From Eledone cirrhosa (Eukaryota): a stretch of DNA of 64,000 nt. The notes under the pieces are model-generated. The model was not told the DNA's origin. It ran no database searches and worked only from the letters and a program-made list of their open reading frames with translations. The position numbers were made by a program, and so were the translations under genes. Position 1 is the first letter of the stretch. Every line of letters begins with the position of its first letter. Location: assembly GCA_964016885.1 (NCBI GenBank), contig OZ024745.1, positions 10,416,001-10,480,000 of the forward strand. The letters are read 5' to 3'. Positions 38,633 through 50,112 of this stretch are shown here, piece by piece.

Positions 38633-39432
38633 CTTACAATTATAGATGTACATATAGCTAAAAAGACAGGTTAGTCACAGCTGGAGTGTATTTGATCATA
38701 AGAGTGCCTCATCAGGGTTGACCTGTGGTTAAAATATAATACATTAACAAATTGCTTTCTTTAAAAAAGATACTTCAGTCATACATCCTTGCTAGAAAGT
38801 ATTGAAAATAAAATATGGAAATGGACAGTTATAGGAAAAAAAGAACTTTTGTTCTGATAATTTTTTTCTTTCTGTTATTTTGTTGTTTTGAGAATTGGAT
38901 TAAGATCTGTTTTATTCCTCATACTGTCCAGACTTAAATTTGCTAATCTGTTTGATGCCAGTTTGGGAGATATGATTTTATCAATATTACTTCTCATTGA
39001 ATCTGTTGTTTTGTTTTTTGCTGTGGTTTTTTGTTTTCTCAAATCTGTTGGAGCTTTGGAAGGTTTGATTAATCCTTCTCTTAATGAAGCAGGTTTCTTT
39101 GTCATTTTATCTGTAAGGCTTTTCAACAACATCATCTACCTTATCCTAGCTTTCATTATTCTAGCTCTCTTTCCAACAACATTCTGTCTAATGAAGCCAG
39201 CAAAGAAACCTTTATGTAGTCACTTGACTTATTAGAAATAACAGCAAAAATTGCCTCAAATTTTACCGTCTTGTGTTAAGGAAAGGAAGATACATTGGAT
39301 AAATGCAGTCTTATATACACTCTGGGGAAAATATGAGATGTTCACAAAAGTGACATCTTTAATCATAGTTATACTCAGTCAGGGCTCACTTAAAGCTAAA
39401 GAACCATAATATTCACAATCTAATGTCTTATA

Positions 39433-39680
39433 GGAGGTGTGTGGTTGGGGTGTTGGACTTATGATCATAATGTCAGGGTTTTGATTCCTGGATTGGGTTG
39501 TGTGTTGTCTCCTTGAGCAAAACACTTCATTTCATGTTGCTCCAGTATACTCAGCTGAAAATGAGTACGCGTAATAGCTGGGGGAGTTAACCCTGCAATA
39601 GACTGGCAGCCTGTCCAGTGGGAAGTCTTGTACTCTCAGTCACTTCATGCCACAGAAACCAGGATAACCACTAGCCTCCA
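39433..39680 (+). mobile_element. Degenerate tRNA/CORE-like SINE
   Basis: GGAGGTGTGTGG head and CCTTGAGCAAAACACTTCATTTCATGTTGCTCCAGTATACTCAGCTGAAAATGAG core. Confidence 0.7.
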
Positions 39681-40429
39681 GACAGACTTTAGACTTTTTT
39701 TTTTTTAGAATATCCTATAATATCTAACTTTTAAACACAATACATATTATATCTTTATATCACATATCTCAATCATTGTCTCTATCAATAAATCTTTCTG
39801 ATACATATTTTTAAAAATTATTGTTTTACATTTAAATATTCCATACAAGCATGAATCAGATACTTTGTGTAACTTTGAACATCTCTATATTACTCTATAT
39901 TACTGAAGCAATTATTTTTACAGCTGGATGCACTTACAGATAAAAAAACTGTGGAATAAATAAAAACGGAGCCTATTTTGTTTGTCAAGTATATTGATAT
40001 GGAAGCAAAAGAAAGTTATATTCCTTACACAATGACATAACACTGTGACTATTGTAGCAAGGTTTGAATTTACGACCATGTTTTAATTAAACAGGAAACT
40101 TAATCTCATGGCTACTTGCTTTCTGTATTTCACCTTCATACTTCTATTGAGATTCACAGAGAAAATATCTTTTGCTCCAATGCAAAAAGAATGGTAAATG
40201 CAAATAGCAACATATGAAAAATTAACATTTGCAAGAGCAATCTGTATATTTCTTCTACAAAAGACAATAAGAGATGTTTACCAAATAATAGAAGACCATG
40301 AAAAATGGTAAAATATATGCAGGCACTGACTGCCAATGGTGATATTTTATTACTCTCTGCTTCTGCTTTTACTTCTAGTCTTTATTGATACTGTGAATAG
40401 CAATTATTGATTGATTTAATAGATTATCC

Positions 40430-40535
40430 CTAAATCACATCTCTCCAGTTTCTGTAGATCTTCAAGCTTCAGACTCCATATTTCACTTCCAAACAACATT
40501 ACACTTCTACTATAAATATTCTCCACTTATATACT
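40430..40535 (-). mobile_element. Old RTE ORF fragment
   Basis: The minus strand reads SVMLFGSEIWSLKLEDLQKLER, compared with RTE-A MLHGSETWALKVEDLRRLER. Confidence 0.7.
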
Positions 40536-40839
40536 GCATCACATGCAGGGATACACTGCATCACATGGAGGTATTTACTTATATACTTTTACATTCTAAG
40601 TTCAAATCCTTCCTTCCTCCAAATGTGTGACCTCACACTGTAAATCTATACTTAGTTCTAGCTTCAATGTTTTAGTTATGTATCAGTCTGTGTTTCCAAT
40701 GACGTCATGCTCCAGTTGGTCCAATCACTGGAACTGTCTGCTAGTCAAATTAATGTGTAAGTGGTTCAGTATATCACAAACATGTACACCCTTAATGTAG
40801 TTCTCAAAGAGATTTAGATGTACATCCTATATATCAATA

Positions 40840-41108
40840 CATGTTGTAAAGTGGTTGGTGTAAGGAAGGGCATTCAGCCTTTGAAAGCTTGCCAAACAAG
40901 GGGTTGGGAGGACTCTTCAGTTTGTGCCAAAGACATGACAACTTCTGTGCACTTGGTAGAACATGAGACTATATATAAGTGAGATGCAGACCTCCTGACC
41001 TATCTGGGAGGTCAGTAACTCTGCTTCAGTACTGACTAAGTCTATATAGACATATCCTACTTTTGCTAGCAGAGAAAGTGGACGTTAAAACGACAACGAT
41101 GATGATGA
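40840..41108 (+). mobile_element. Short non-autonomous RTE-related element or SINE body
   Basis: TGTAAAGTGGTTGGTGTAAGGAAGGGCATTCAGC module plus the tail GCTAGCAGAGAAAGTGGACGTTAAAAC..GATGATGAT, with no ORF. Confidence 0.65.
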
Positions 41109-41883
41109 TATCAATCGGTTGTCCATCTTTTTAGTCAAACTGACTCTTTAAAAAAAAGAACAAAATAGTTAACGCCCCCACCCCCTCACTTCAGAGGAGC
41201 ATTCTGCCTGCTCAATACCAATATGGCAGGGTTTCACATATGTAATATGAAAATCGAGGGCCTTCACATTCCTGTTGGAAGGAGCCCCTCCCTGGTTGGC
41301 CTCCACCAGATGGACCATGTAGTATCAGGCCAGCTCCTCACACCGTCTGGCATTGGCTACCCTCTGGTTCTTCTCCACATCCACTCATTTAATATACTAG
41401 GTTCAATATTTCAATCAACTAAAACTGTCCTTGTAATTAATTTTAAAAAATCACTGAAAGAGGAAGGTGGGGATGGTGGAAAAAAAAAATCTAAAAACAA
41501 AAGGGAGATAACTCCAATAAGACAAATGAGTTATTAATTTTGATAAACTAATTGTATTAGAATTATCTCCTTTATTTGTTGTTTTTATGTATTAAACACC
41601 CTTGAAGGGAGGTTTTGTCTAGTAATTGCTTGGATAATTTCAGTAGATAGAAATTAGAAGAAGAAGAAATGGTTGTTTATTTTATCAATTCCCTTTATTA
41701 CATATGTGAAATCTCACTGTAATTGTATTTAGGATGCTATACAGTCTCTGCCTGCCATATTGTTGATATTCACTGTCATTAAACTTTACTTCCTTTATTT
41801 CTCTCTCTATATTGATAACCCTTAGTCTTGCAACTGACTATACAACATACTTCACTAAGATCTCACAATATCCATTGTTTATA

Positions 41884-44800
41884 CTGTACAGTCTATGATG
41901 TGATGTGAAGGCATGTAACTCAGTTGTATAGTCTATGATGTGATGTGAAGGCATCTCACTTAGTTGTATAGTTTATGATGTAATGTGAAGGCATGTCACT
42001 TAGTTGTACAGTCTATGATGTGATGTGAAGGCATCTCACTTAGTTGTATAGTTTATGATGTAATGTGAAGGCATGTCACTTAGTTGTATTGTTTATGATG
42101 TAATGTGAAGGCATGTCACTTAGTTGTATAGTTTATGATGTAATGTGAAGGCATGTCACTTAGTTGTATAGTTTATGATGTAATGTGAAGGCATGTCACT
42201 TAGTTGTATAGTTTATGATGTAATGTGAAGTCATGTCACTTAGTTGTATTGTGTATGATGTAATGTGAAGGTATGTCACTTAGTTGTATTGTGTATGATG
42301 TAATGTGAAGGCATGTCACTTAGTTGTATAGTTTATGATGTGATGTGAAGTCATGTCACTTAGTTGTATAGTTTATGATGTAATGTGAAGGCATGTCACT
42401 TAGTTGTATAGTTTATGATGTGATGTGAAGGCATGTCACTTAGTTGTATAGTTTATGATGTGATGTGAAGTCATGTCACTTAGTTGTATAGTTTATGATG
42501 TAATGTGAAGGCATGTCACTTAGTTGTATAGTTTATGATGTAATGTGAAGGTATGTCACTTAGTTGTATTGTGTATGATGTAATGTGAAGGCATGTCACT
42601 TAGTTGTATAGTTTATGATGTAATGTGAAGGTATGTCACTTAGTTGTATTGTGTATGATGTAATGTGAAGGCATGTCACTTAGTTGTATAGTTTATGATG
42701 TAATGTGAAGGTATGTCACTTAGTTGTATTGTGTATGATGTAATGTGAAGGTATGTCACTTAGTTGTATAGTTTATGATGTAATGTGAAGTCATGTCACT
42801 TAGTTGTATTGTGTATGATGTAATGTGAAGGTATGTCACTTAGTTGTATAGTCTATGATGTGATGTGAAGGCATGTCACTTTGTTGTATTGTGTATGATG
42901 TAATGTGAAGGTATGTCACTTAGTTGTATTGTGTATGATGTAATGTGAAGGCATGTCACTTAGTTGTATAGTTTATGATGTGATGTGAAGGCATGTCACT
43001 TTGTTGTATAGTTTATGATGTAATGTGAAGGTATGTCACTTAGTTGTATAGTTTATGATGTAATGTGAAGGCATGTCACTTAGTTGTATAGTTTATGATG
43101 TAATGTGAAGGCATGTCACTTAGTTGTATAGTCTATGATGTGATGTGAAGGCATGTCACTTTGTTGTATTGTGTATGATGTAATGTGAAGGTATGTCACT
43201 TAGTTGTATTGTGTATGATGTAATGTGAAGGCATGTCACTTAGTTGTATAGTTTATGATGTGATGTGAAGGCATGTCACTTTGTTGTATTGTGTATGATG
43301 TGATGTGAAGGCATGTCACTTAGTTGTATAGTCTATGATGTGATGTGAAGGCATCTCACTTAGTTGTATAGTTTATGATGTAATGTGAAGGCATGTCACT
43401 TAGTTGTATAGTTTATGATGTAATGTGAAGGCATGTCACTTAGTTGTATAGTTTATGATGTAATGTGAAGGCATGTCACTTAGTTGTATAGTTTATGATG
43501 TAATGTGAAGGCATGTCACTTAGTTGTATAGTTTATGATGTAATGTGAAGTCATGTCACTTAGTTGTATTGTGTATGATGTAATGTGAAGGTATGTCACT
43601 TAGTTGTATTGTGTATGATGTAATGTGAAGGCATGTCACTTAGTTGTATAGTTTATGATGTGATGTGAAGTCATGTCACTTAGTTGTATAGTTTATGATG
43701 TAATGTGAAGGCATGTCACTTAGTTGTATAGTTTATGATGTGATGTGAAGGCATGTCACTTAGTTGTATAGTTTATGATGTGATGTGAAGTCATGTCACT
43801 TAGTTGTATAGTTTATGATGTAATGTGAAGGCATGTCACTTAGTTGTATAGTTTATGATGTAATGTGAAGGTATGTCACTTAGTTGTATAGTTTATGATG
43901 TGATGTGAAGGCATGTCACTTTGTTGTATTGTGTATGATGTGATGTGAAGGCATGTCACTTAGTTGTATTGTATATGATGTAATGTGAAGGCATGTCACT
44001 TAGTTGTATAGTTTATGATGTAATGTGAAGGTATGTCACTTAGTTGTATAGTTTATGATGTGATGTGAAGTCATGTCACTTAGTTGTATTGTGTATGATG
44101 TAATGTGAAGGCATGTCACTTAGTTGTATAGTTTATGATGTGATGTGAAGGCATGTCACTTTGTTGTATTGTGTATGATGTGATGTGAAGGCATGTCACT
44201 TAGTTGTATTGTGTATGATGTAATGTGAAGGCATGTCACTTAGTTGTATAGTTTATGATGTAATGTGAAGGTATGTCACTTAGTTGTATAGTTTATGATG
44301 TGATGTGAAGTCATGTCACTTAGTTGTATTGTGTATGATGTAATGTGAAGGCATGTCACTTAGTTGTATAGTTTATGATGTAATGTGAAGGCATGTCACT
44401 TAGTTGTATAGTTTATGATGTAATGTGAAGGCATGTCACTTTGTTGTATAGTTTATGATGTGATGTGAAGGTATGTCACTTAGTTGTATTGTGTATGATG
44501 TAATGTGAAGGCATGTCACTTAGTTGTATTGTCTATGATGTAATGTGAAGTCATGTCACTTAGTTGTATAGTTTATGATGTAATGTGAAGGCATGTCACT
44601 TAGTTGTATAGTTTATGATGTAATGTGAAGGTATGTCACTTAGTTGTATAGTTTATGATGTGATGTGAAGTCATGTCACTTAGTTGTATTGTGTATGATG
44701 TAATGTGAAGGCATGTCACTTAGTTGTATAGTTTATGATGTAATGTGAAGGCATGTCACTTAGTTGTATAGTTTATGATGTAATGTGAAGGCATGTCACT

Positions 44801-44924
44801 TTGTTGTATAGTTTATGATGTGATGTGAAGGTATGTCACTTAGTTGTATTGTGTATGATGTAATGTGAAGGCATGTCACTTAGTTGTATTGTCTATGATG
44901 TAATGTGAAGTCATGTCACTTAGT
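41884..44924. repeat. 40-bp minisatellite, about 76 units, with higher-order duplications
   Basis: TAGTTGTATAGTTTATGATGTAATGTGAAGGCATGTCACT repeated. Variant patterns recur at 1320-bp and 360-bp offsets. Confidence 0.98.
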
Positions 44925-45148
44925 GGCTAGGGAGTTGGATTCACAATTGTGAGGTTACAAGTTCAATTCCCAGATTGGGCAATGCATTATATCCTTGAAG
45001 AAGACACTTTATGTTGCTCCTACTGCCAGGGGTTGCAACTGGTAGATAGTATCAGCAATGGAAAGACCAATGGAAACATTGTTTCCCTGGTCCAATTTGA
45101 AGAGTTCCACCTTACTAGGTAAGTAGATGAGGTCTGGGATCATGTTGA
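44907..45148 (+). mobile_element. tRNA-derived SINE family C whose 5' end overlaps the last 40-bp unit
   Basis: GAAGTCATGTCACTTAGTGGCTAGGG..AAGTTCAATTCC..CCTTGAAGAAGACACTTT, followed by the family C body. Confidence 0.78.
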
Positions 45149-45157
45149 TATATATAT

Positions 45158-45183
45158 AGTGGTGATGATGATGGTGGTGGTGG

Positions 45184-45229
<46 letters not shown>

Positions 45230-45237
45230 GGTGGTGG

Positions 45238-45271
<34 letters not shown>

Positions 45272-45344
45272 GGTGGTGGTGATGATGGTGGTGGTGATGA
45301 TGATGATGATGGTGATGATGATGGTGGTGGTGATGATGATGATG
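45158..45344. repeat. (GAT/GGT)n compound microsatellite
   Basis: Direct trinucleotide repeats. Confidence 0.95.
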
Positions 45345-46339
45345 ACAATAACACATATATATATATGAAAGTAGAATGTCTAAACAGTCATTACAATAAA
45401 TATATAAATGTATCTCCTTAACTTTATAGAGGACTTACAATTCAGAATGAACCTCTAATATTACTAACACACATAAACAATAGTTACCCCTATCTTCCCC
45501 CATCCCTATTTACTGTACCATATATATAGCATCCTGTTGTTTAATCATATAGTATTTATATAATGTCACAATATTGAAGTTTATCTTATTATAATGTTTA
45601 CTACATCTTTCATAGTATTGTCATCAAATCACAGAAGTAAATGATTTTAAAGAATTTACAGAAAATTTTTCAATTAATTTCTCTCCATTCTCTCCTCAAG
45701 TATTAACAATGCTCTGTTTTGTACTGGCTGTCACCACTACTTACCGAGAGAAGAAGCTTCAATGTCTTGTTAAAATCATCACCTAATCTAATTTAATTCT
45801 CTCTCTTATTTTATGGGAATATAACTTACATTGGTTTAAAATAAAAAAAATTAGAATATTTTTACTTTGGTTTTCGTTTATTTTCAATCAATTTTTAGAT
45901 TTGAAAAGAAAAAGCAAAATAGAAATAAAACTAAATTGTGGTGTCTCACATATTTATGTAGCTTTATTTTGGAATTTGAAACTGCTAGCTGGCATTTCCC
46001 TGGAGAGAATTGGATTTAAAAATTTCAATCAACAACACTGATATAATTAGAGTGCCACAATACAATGTGCTAAATTCTAATGGCTTCCCTTGTTGTTGTT
46101 GTTATGGTTGCTGTTTGTGTTGTTGTTGTGGTTGTTGTTGTGGCTGTAGTTGTTGGTGTTGTTGTTTGTTATGGTTGCTGTTGTTGCTGTTCTTGTAGCT
46201 GTTTGAGTTGTTGTTGTTGTAGTTAGTGTCACCTTTTCTTCTGCTTCAGTAAATTGAAGTAACTTTCTTGTTTGCTTCTGTAGTTTAATAAAAAGAAAAA
46301 TGACATTACATGTTATTTTTAAATTTGTTTTAAAATTAA

Positions 46340-46578
<239 letters not shown>

Positions 46579-46639
46579 CAAGATCAATGTCTAGCATCAT
46601 GAAAATAAAATAAAATAAAATATAGTAATGTCCTTTTCA

Positions 46640-48266
46640 GAAAGTACCACAGTTCTGGTAATGAAAGACCGAATCAAGGGTAATGATGTTACCAACTATA
46701 GACCTATCACATGTCTGTCCGTAATGTGGAAACTGTTGACAAGCATTATGTCTGAGGAAATCTACCATCACCTCCACACAAACAACTTGTTACCGGACGA
46801 ACAGAAAGGATGCCGAAAGAAGTCCGGTGGTACAAAGGACCAGTTACTTATTGATAAGATGGTAATGAGGAATTGCAAGAGGAGACACACTGGTCTTGCC
46901 ATGGGATGGATAGACTACAAAAAGGCATTTGACATGGTGCCTCATTCTTGGATCACCAAAAGCCTAGAGATCTTCAAGGTGGCAGATAACATCAGACAGT
47001 TGTTGGGCAAAAGTATGAATTCCTGGAAAACAGAATTAACATCAGCTGGAGAATCCTTGGGAGGCGTGACAATCAAGAGAGCTATCTTTCAGGGAGATAG
47101 TCTGTCCCCTCTGTTGTTTGTCCTTGCCCTGATGCCCCCCCCCCTGACCATTATACTGCGAAAAGTGAGAGCAGGATACAAGTTGGGAAAGGGAGAGCTT
47201 ACCATCAATCACCTCCTCTTCATGGACGATCTTAAGCTCTTCGGGAAGAGTGAGAAGGAGTTGGATGTGCTTGTTAACACTGTCTTGTATCCTTCTTCAG
47301 TGTCAATTTCCTTTATCATCTCACCTGTTGGTACCTGGATTCCGTTGCTTCTGCTCAATTTACCCCTCTTCATCACAAGGGATGTCCAAGGAGAAAATAA
47401 CAACAAGGAGAAAGAGCAGCCTTCATGAAAAATCCCTTCATAGTACCTTCTTTGAGAAAACTGAATTCAGAGATCCACAGACATGGAACTGGTTGAAAAG
47501 AGGAGACCTTAAAAAGGCTACAGAAGGAATGCTAATGGCTGCGCAAGAGCAGGCCCTCAAAACGAAGTGGTTGAAACACCATATTTACAAGGAAGAGGCT
47601 AGCCCATTGTGCAGGATCTGTGGAGAGAGAGAGGAGACTGTGGCTCACATTGTATCCGAGTGTAAACACCTAGCCCAGACTCACTATAAGGGCTGGAGCC
47701 ATGATGTGATGGGCAGAGTGATCCACTGGCACCTATGCAAAGTAAACAATTTACCACATTCTGAGAAGTGGTATGAGCATAAGTCAGAGTCAGTGATAGA
47801 AAACGATCAGGTGAAGGTGCTGTGGGATTTTAGGATACAGACGGACAAGAAACTGGAACACAATAGACCTGACCTGGTGGTTTTGGACAAGGAAAAAAGA
47901 TTGTGCCTGATTGTGGATGTGGCCTGCCCATTCGACACGAGAGTGCAAGAGAAGGAAAGGGAGAAAATTAACCGATACCAGGACTTAAAGTGGGAGGTAA
48001 AAAGGATTTGGAACTGCTATGAAGTCAAAGTGGTCCCGATTGTCATAGGCGCACTAGGTACTATCTCAAAAAGTTTCCAGGGATGGTTAAAGAAAATTGG
48101 CGCCGCCACGCTTTTTGGAACGCTTCAAAAGGCATGCTTGCTGGGAACAGTAAGAACCCTCCGATACGTCCTGAATATCTGAGGCTGCAGGTAATGGCTT
48201 GATATTCATTTCAACAAACTTTCCAATTAACTAACGTCAATGACTGAGACTCAAAGAACAAGAATA
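46640..48266 (+). mobile_element. R4/Dong-clade non-LTR retrotransposon (RT + CCHC + restriction-like endonuclease); 5'-truncated and rearranged
   Basis: Motifs [42 protein letters not shown]; CRICG..ETVAHIVSEC; WDFRIQTD..NRPDLV..IVDVACP..EKINRY. The 3' end abuts AAT/TAA repeats, the usual Dong target. Confidence 0.92.
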
Positions 48267-48469
48267 ATTATTATTATTTCTTTATTGGCCACAAGGGCTG
48301 GCATCTAATAATAATAATAATAAAAACAGGAAAAGAAACTTCTGCACCTTTATCAATATTTTGACCCCTTCTAGATATTGCTTGGAAGAAGGTGAAAAAG
48401 CTACAAAATATGAGGATCAGAAAATGTTTTGAAGCAAGCTATGGGATATCAAGGTAACAACAACAATAA

Positions 48470-48633
48470 TAATTGTTTCTACTTTTAGCACAAGGCCAGC
48501 AATTATCCCAGTGTATTACTGGTACTTTATTTTATCAACCCCGTGGCGGGATTTGAACTCAGACCATAAAGGGCCGTAACTCTATGCATCAAAGCATGGC
48601 ATCCGACCCTCTACTGATACTGCCAATCCACCG
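48470..48633 (-). mobile_element. SINE family B copy with internal deletion
   Basis: CCAGTGTATTACTGGTACTTTATTTTATC..GGCGGGATTTGAACTCAGACC..CAATCCACCGC. Confidence 0.75.
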
Positions 48634-48842
48634 CAACAGTACTAATAATAAATGGTGCAGAGGTATGTTAAAACAAAGAGAACACAATCAAAAACATGAA
48701 TAAAAAAAAAAAAATAAAAAATAAGAGTTTATAACTTTACACAGAGTAACCCCCTCCCACCACCGCCACCACTACCATCACCACCACCAAAACCACCACC
48801 ACCACTGCCACTGCCACCACCACCACCACCACCACCAGCACC

Positions 48843-49750
48843 ACAGAGCTCCTCCTGGTGGAACAGAGAGCTCCACCTGGTGGAACAGAGAGCACCACCT
48901 GGTGGAACAGAAAGCTCCATCTGGTGGAACAGAGAGCTCCACCTGGTGGAACAGAGAGCTCTATCTGGTGGAACAGAGAGCACCACCTGGTGGAACAGAG
49001 AGCTCCATCTGGTGGAACAGAGAGCACCACCTGGTGGAACAGAGAGCTCCACCTGGTGGAACAGAGAGCTCCATCTGGTGGAACAGAGAGCTCCACCTGG
49101 TGGAACAGAGAGCTCCACCTGGTGGAACAGAGAGCTCCATCTGGTGGAACAGAGAGCACCACCTGGTGGAACAGAGAGCTCCACCTGGTGGAACAGAGAG
49201 CTCCACCTGGTGGAACAGAGAGCTCCACCTGGTGGAACAGAGAGCTCCATCTGGTGGAACAGAGAGCTCCACCTGGTGGAACAGAGAGCACCACCTGGTG
49301 GAACAGAGAGCTCCACCTGGTGGAACAGAGAGCTCTATCTGGTGGAACAGAGAGCACCACCTGGTGGAACAGAGAGCTCCATCTGGTGGAACAGAGAGCA
49401 CCACCTGGTGGAACAGAGAGCTCCACCTGGTGGAACAGAGAGCTCCACCTGGTGGAACAGAGAGCTCCACCTGGTGGAACAGAGAGCTCCACCTGGTAGA
49501 ACAGAGAGCACCACCTGGTGGAACAGAGAGCTCCACCTGGTGGAACAGAGAGCTCTATCTGGTGGAACAGAGAGCACCACCTGGTGGAACAGAGAGCTCC
49601 ATCTGGTGGAACAGAGAGCACCACCTGGTGGAACAGAGAGCTCCACCTGGTGGAACAGAGAGCTCCACCTGGTGGAACAGAGAGCTCCACCTGGTGGAAC
49701 AGAGAGCTCCACCTGGTAGAACAGAGAGCTCCACCTGGTGGAACAGAGAG
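48843..49750. repeat. 22-bp palindromic minisatellite CCACCTGGTGGAACAGAGAGCT, about 41 units, preceded by (CCA)n
   Basis: Direct repeats; the core TCCACC-T-GGTGGA is self-complementary. Confidence 0.97.
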
Positions 49751-50112
49751 AACTGACATGAAACTACAGTTGTCTAATGTCCTGAGTAAGTTTATTCATG
49801 GTATTGCGTTAATAACGTCTCTTACAGTAAGCATGCTTAATACACGGAGTCAGCCAATCATATTGGTGGCCTCCCCACAGCCCTGGCGGACAGAGAAGGT
49901 GTTTCCTCGGAGGACGGCAAGGGAGACAAAAATTCTGATCCCTGTTTGAATAAATATTTTCCAAGCAGACTGCTTCTCTCTCCACCCCCTCTTCTGTCTG
50001 CTATCAAACCTGATTTGATGTAGATACATGTGCTATAGAATGGCAACTGCTGCTTCTGGTCATGTCTTTCGCAGAGCTGAACAGTCCTCCTCACCTTTCT
50101 TTGATAGGTTTG

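Noticed and set aside
41197-41390. GC-richer stretch resembling a coding exon
   Set aside because: The minus frames contain stops and I see no recognisable domain in the listed plus ORF; probably an old TE fragment.
48729-49949. Multiple overlapping ORFs over the 22-bp repeat
   Set aside because: The unit lacks stops and is not a multiple of 3, so every frame cycles the same peptides; an artefact.
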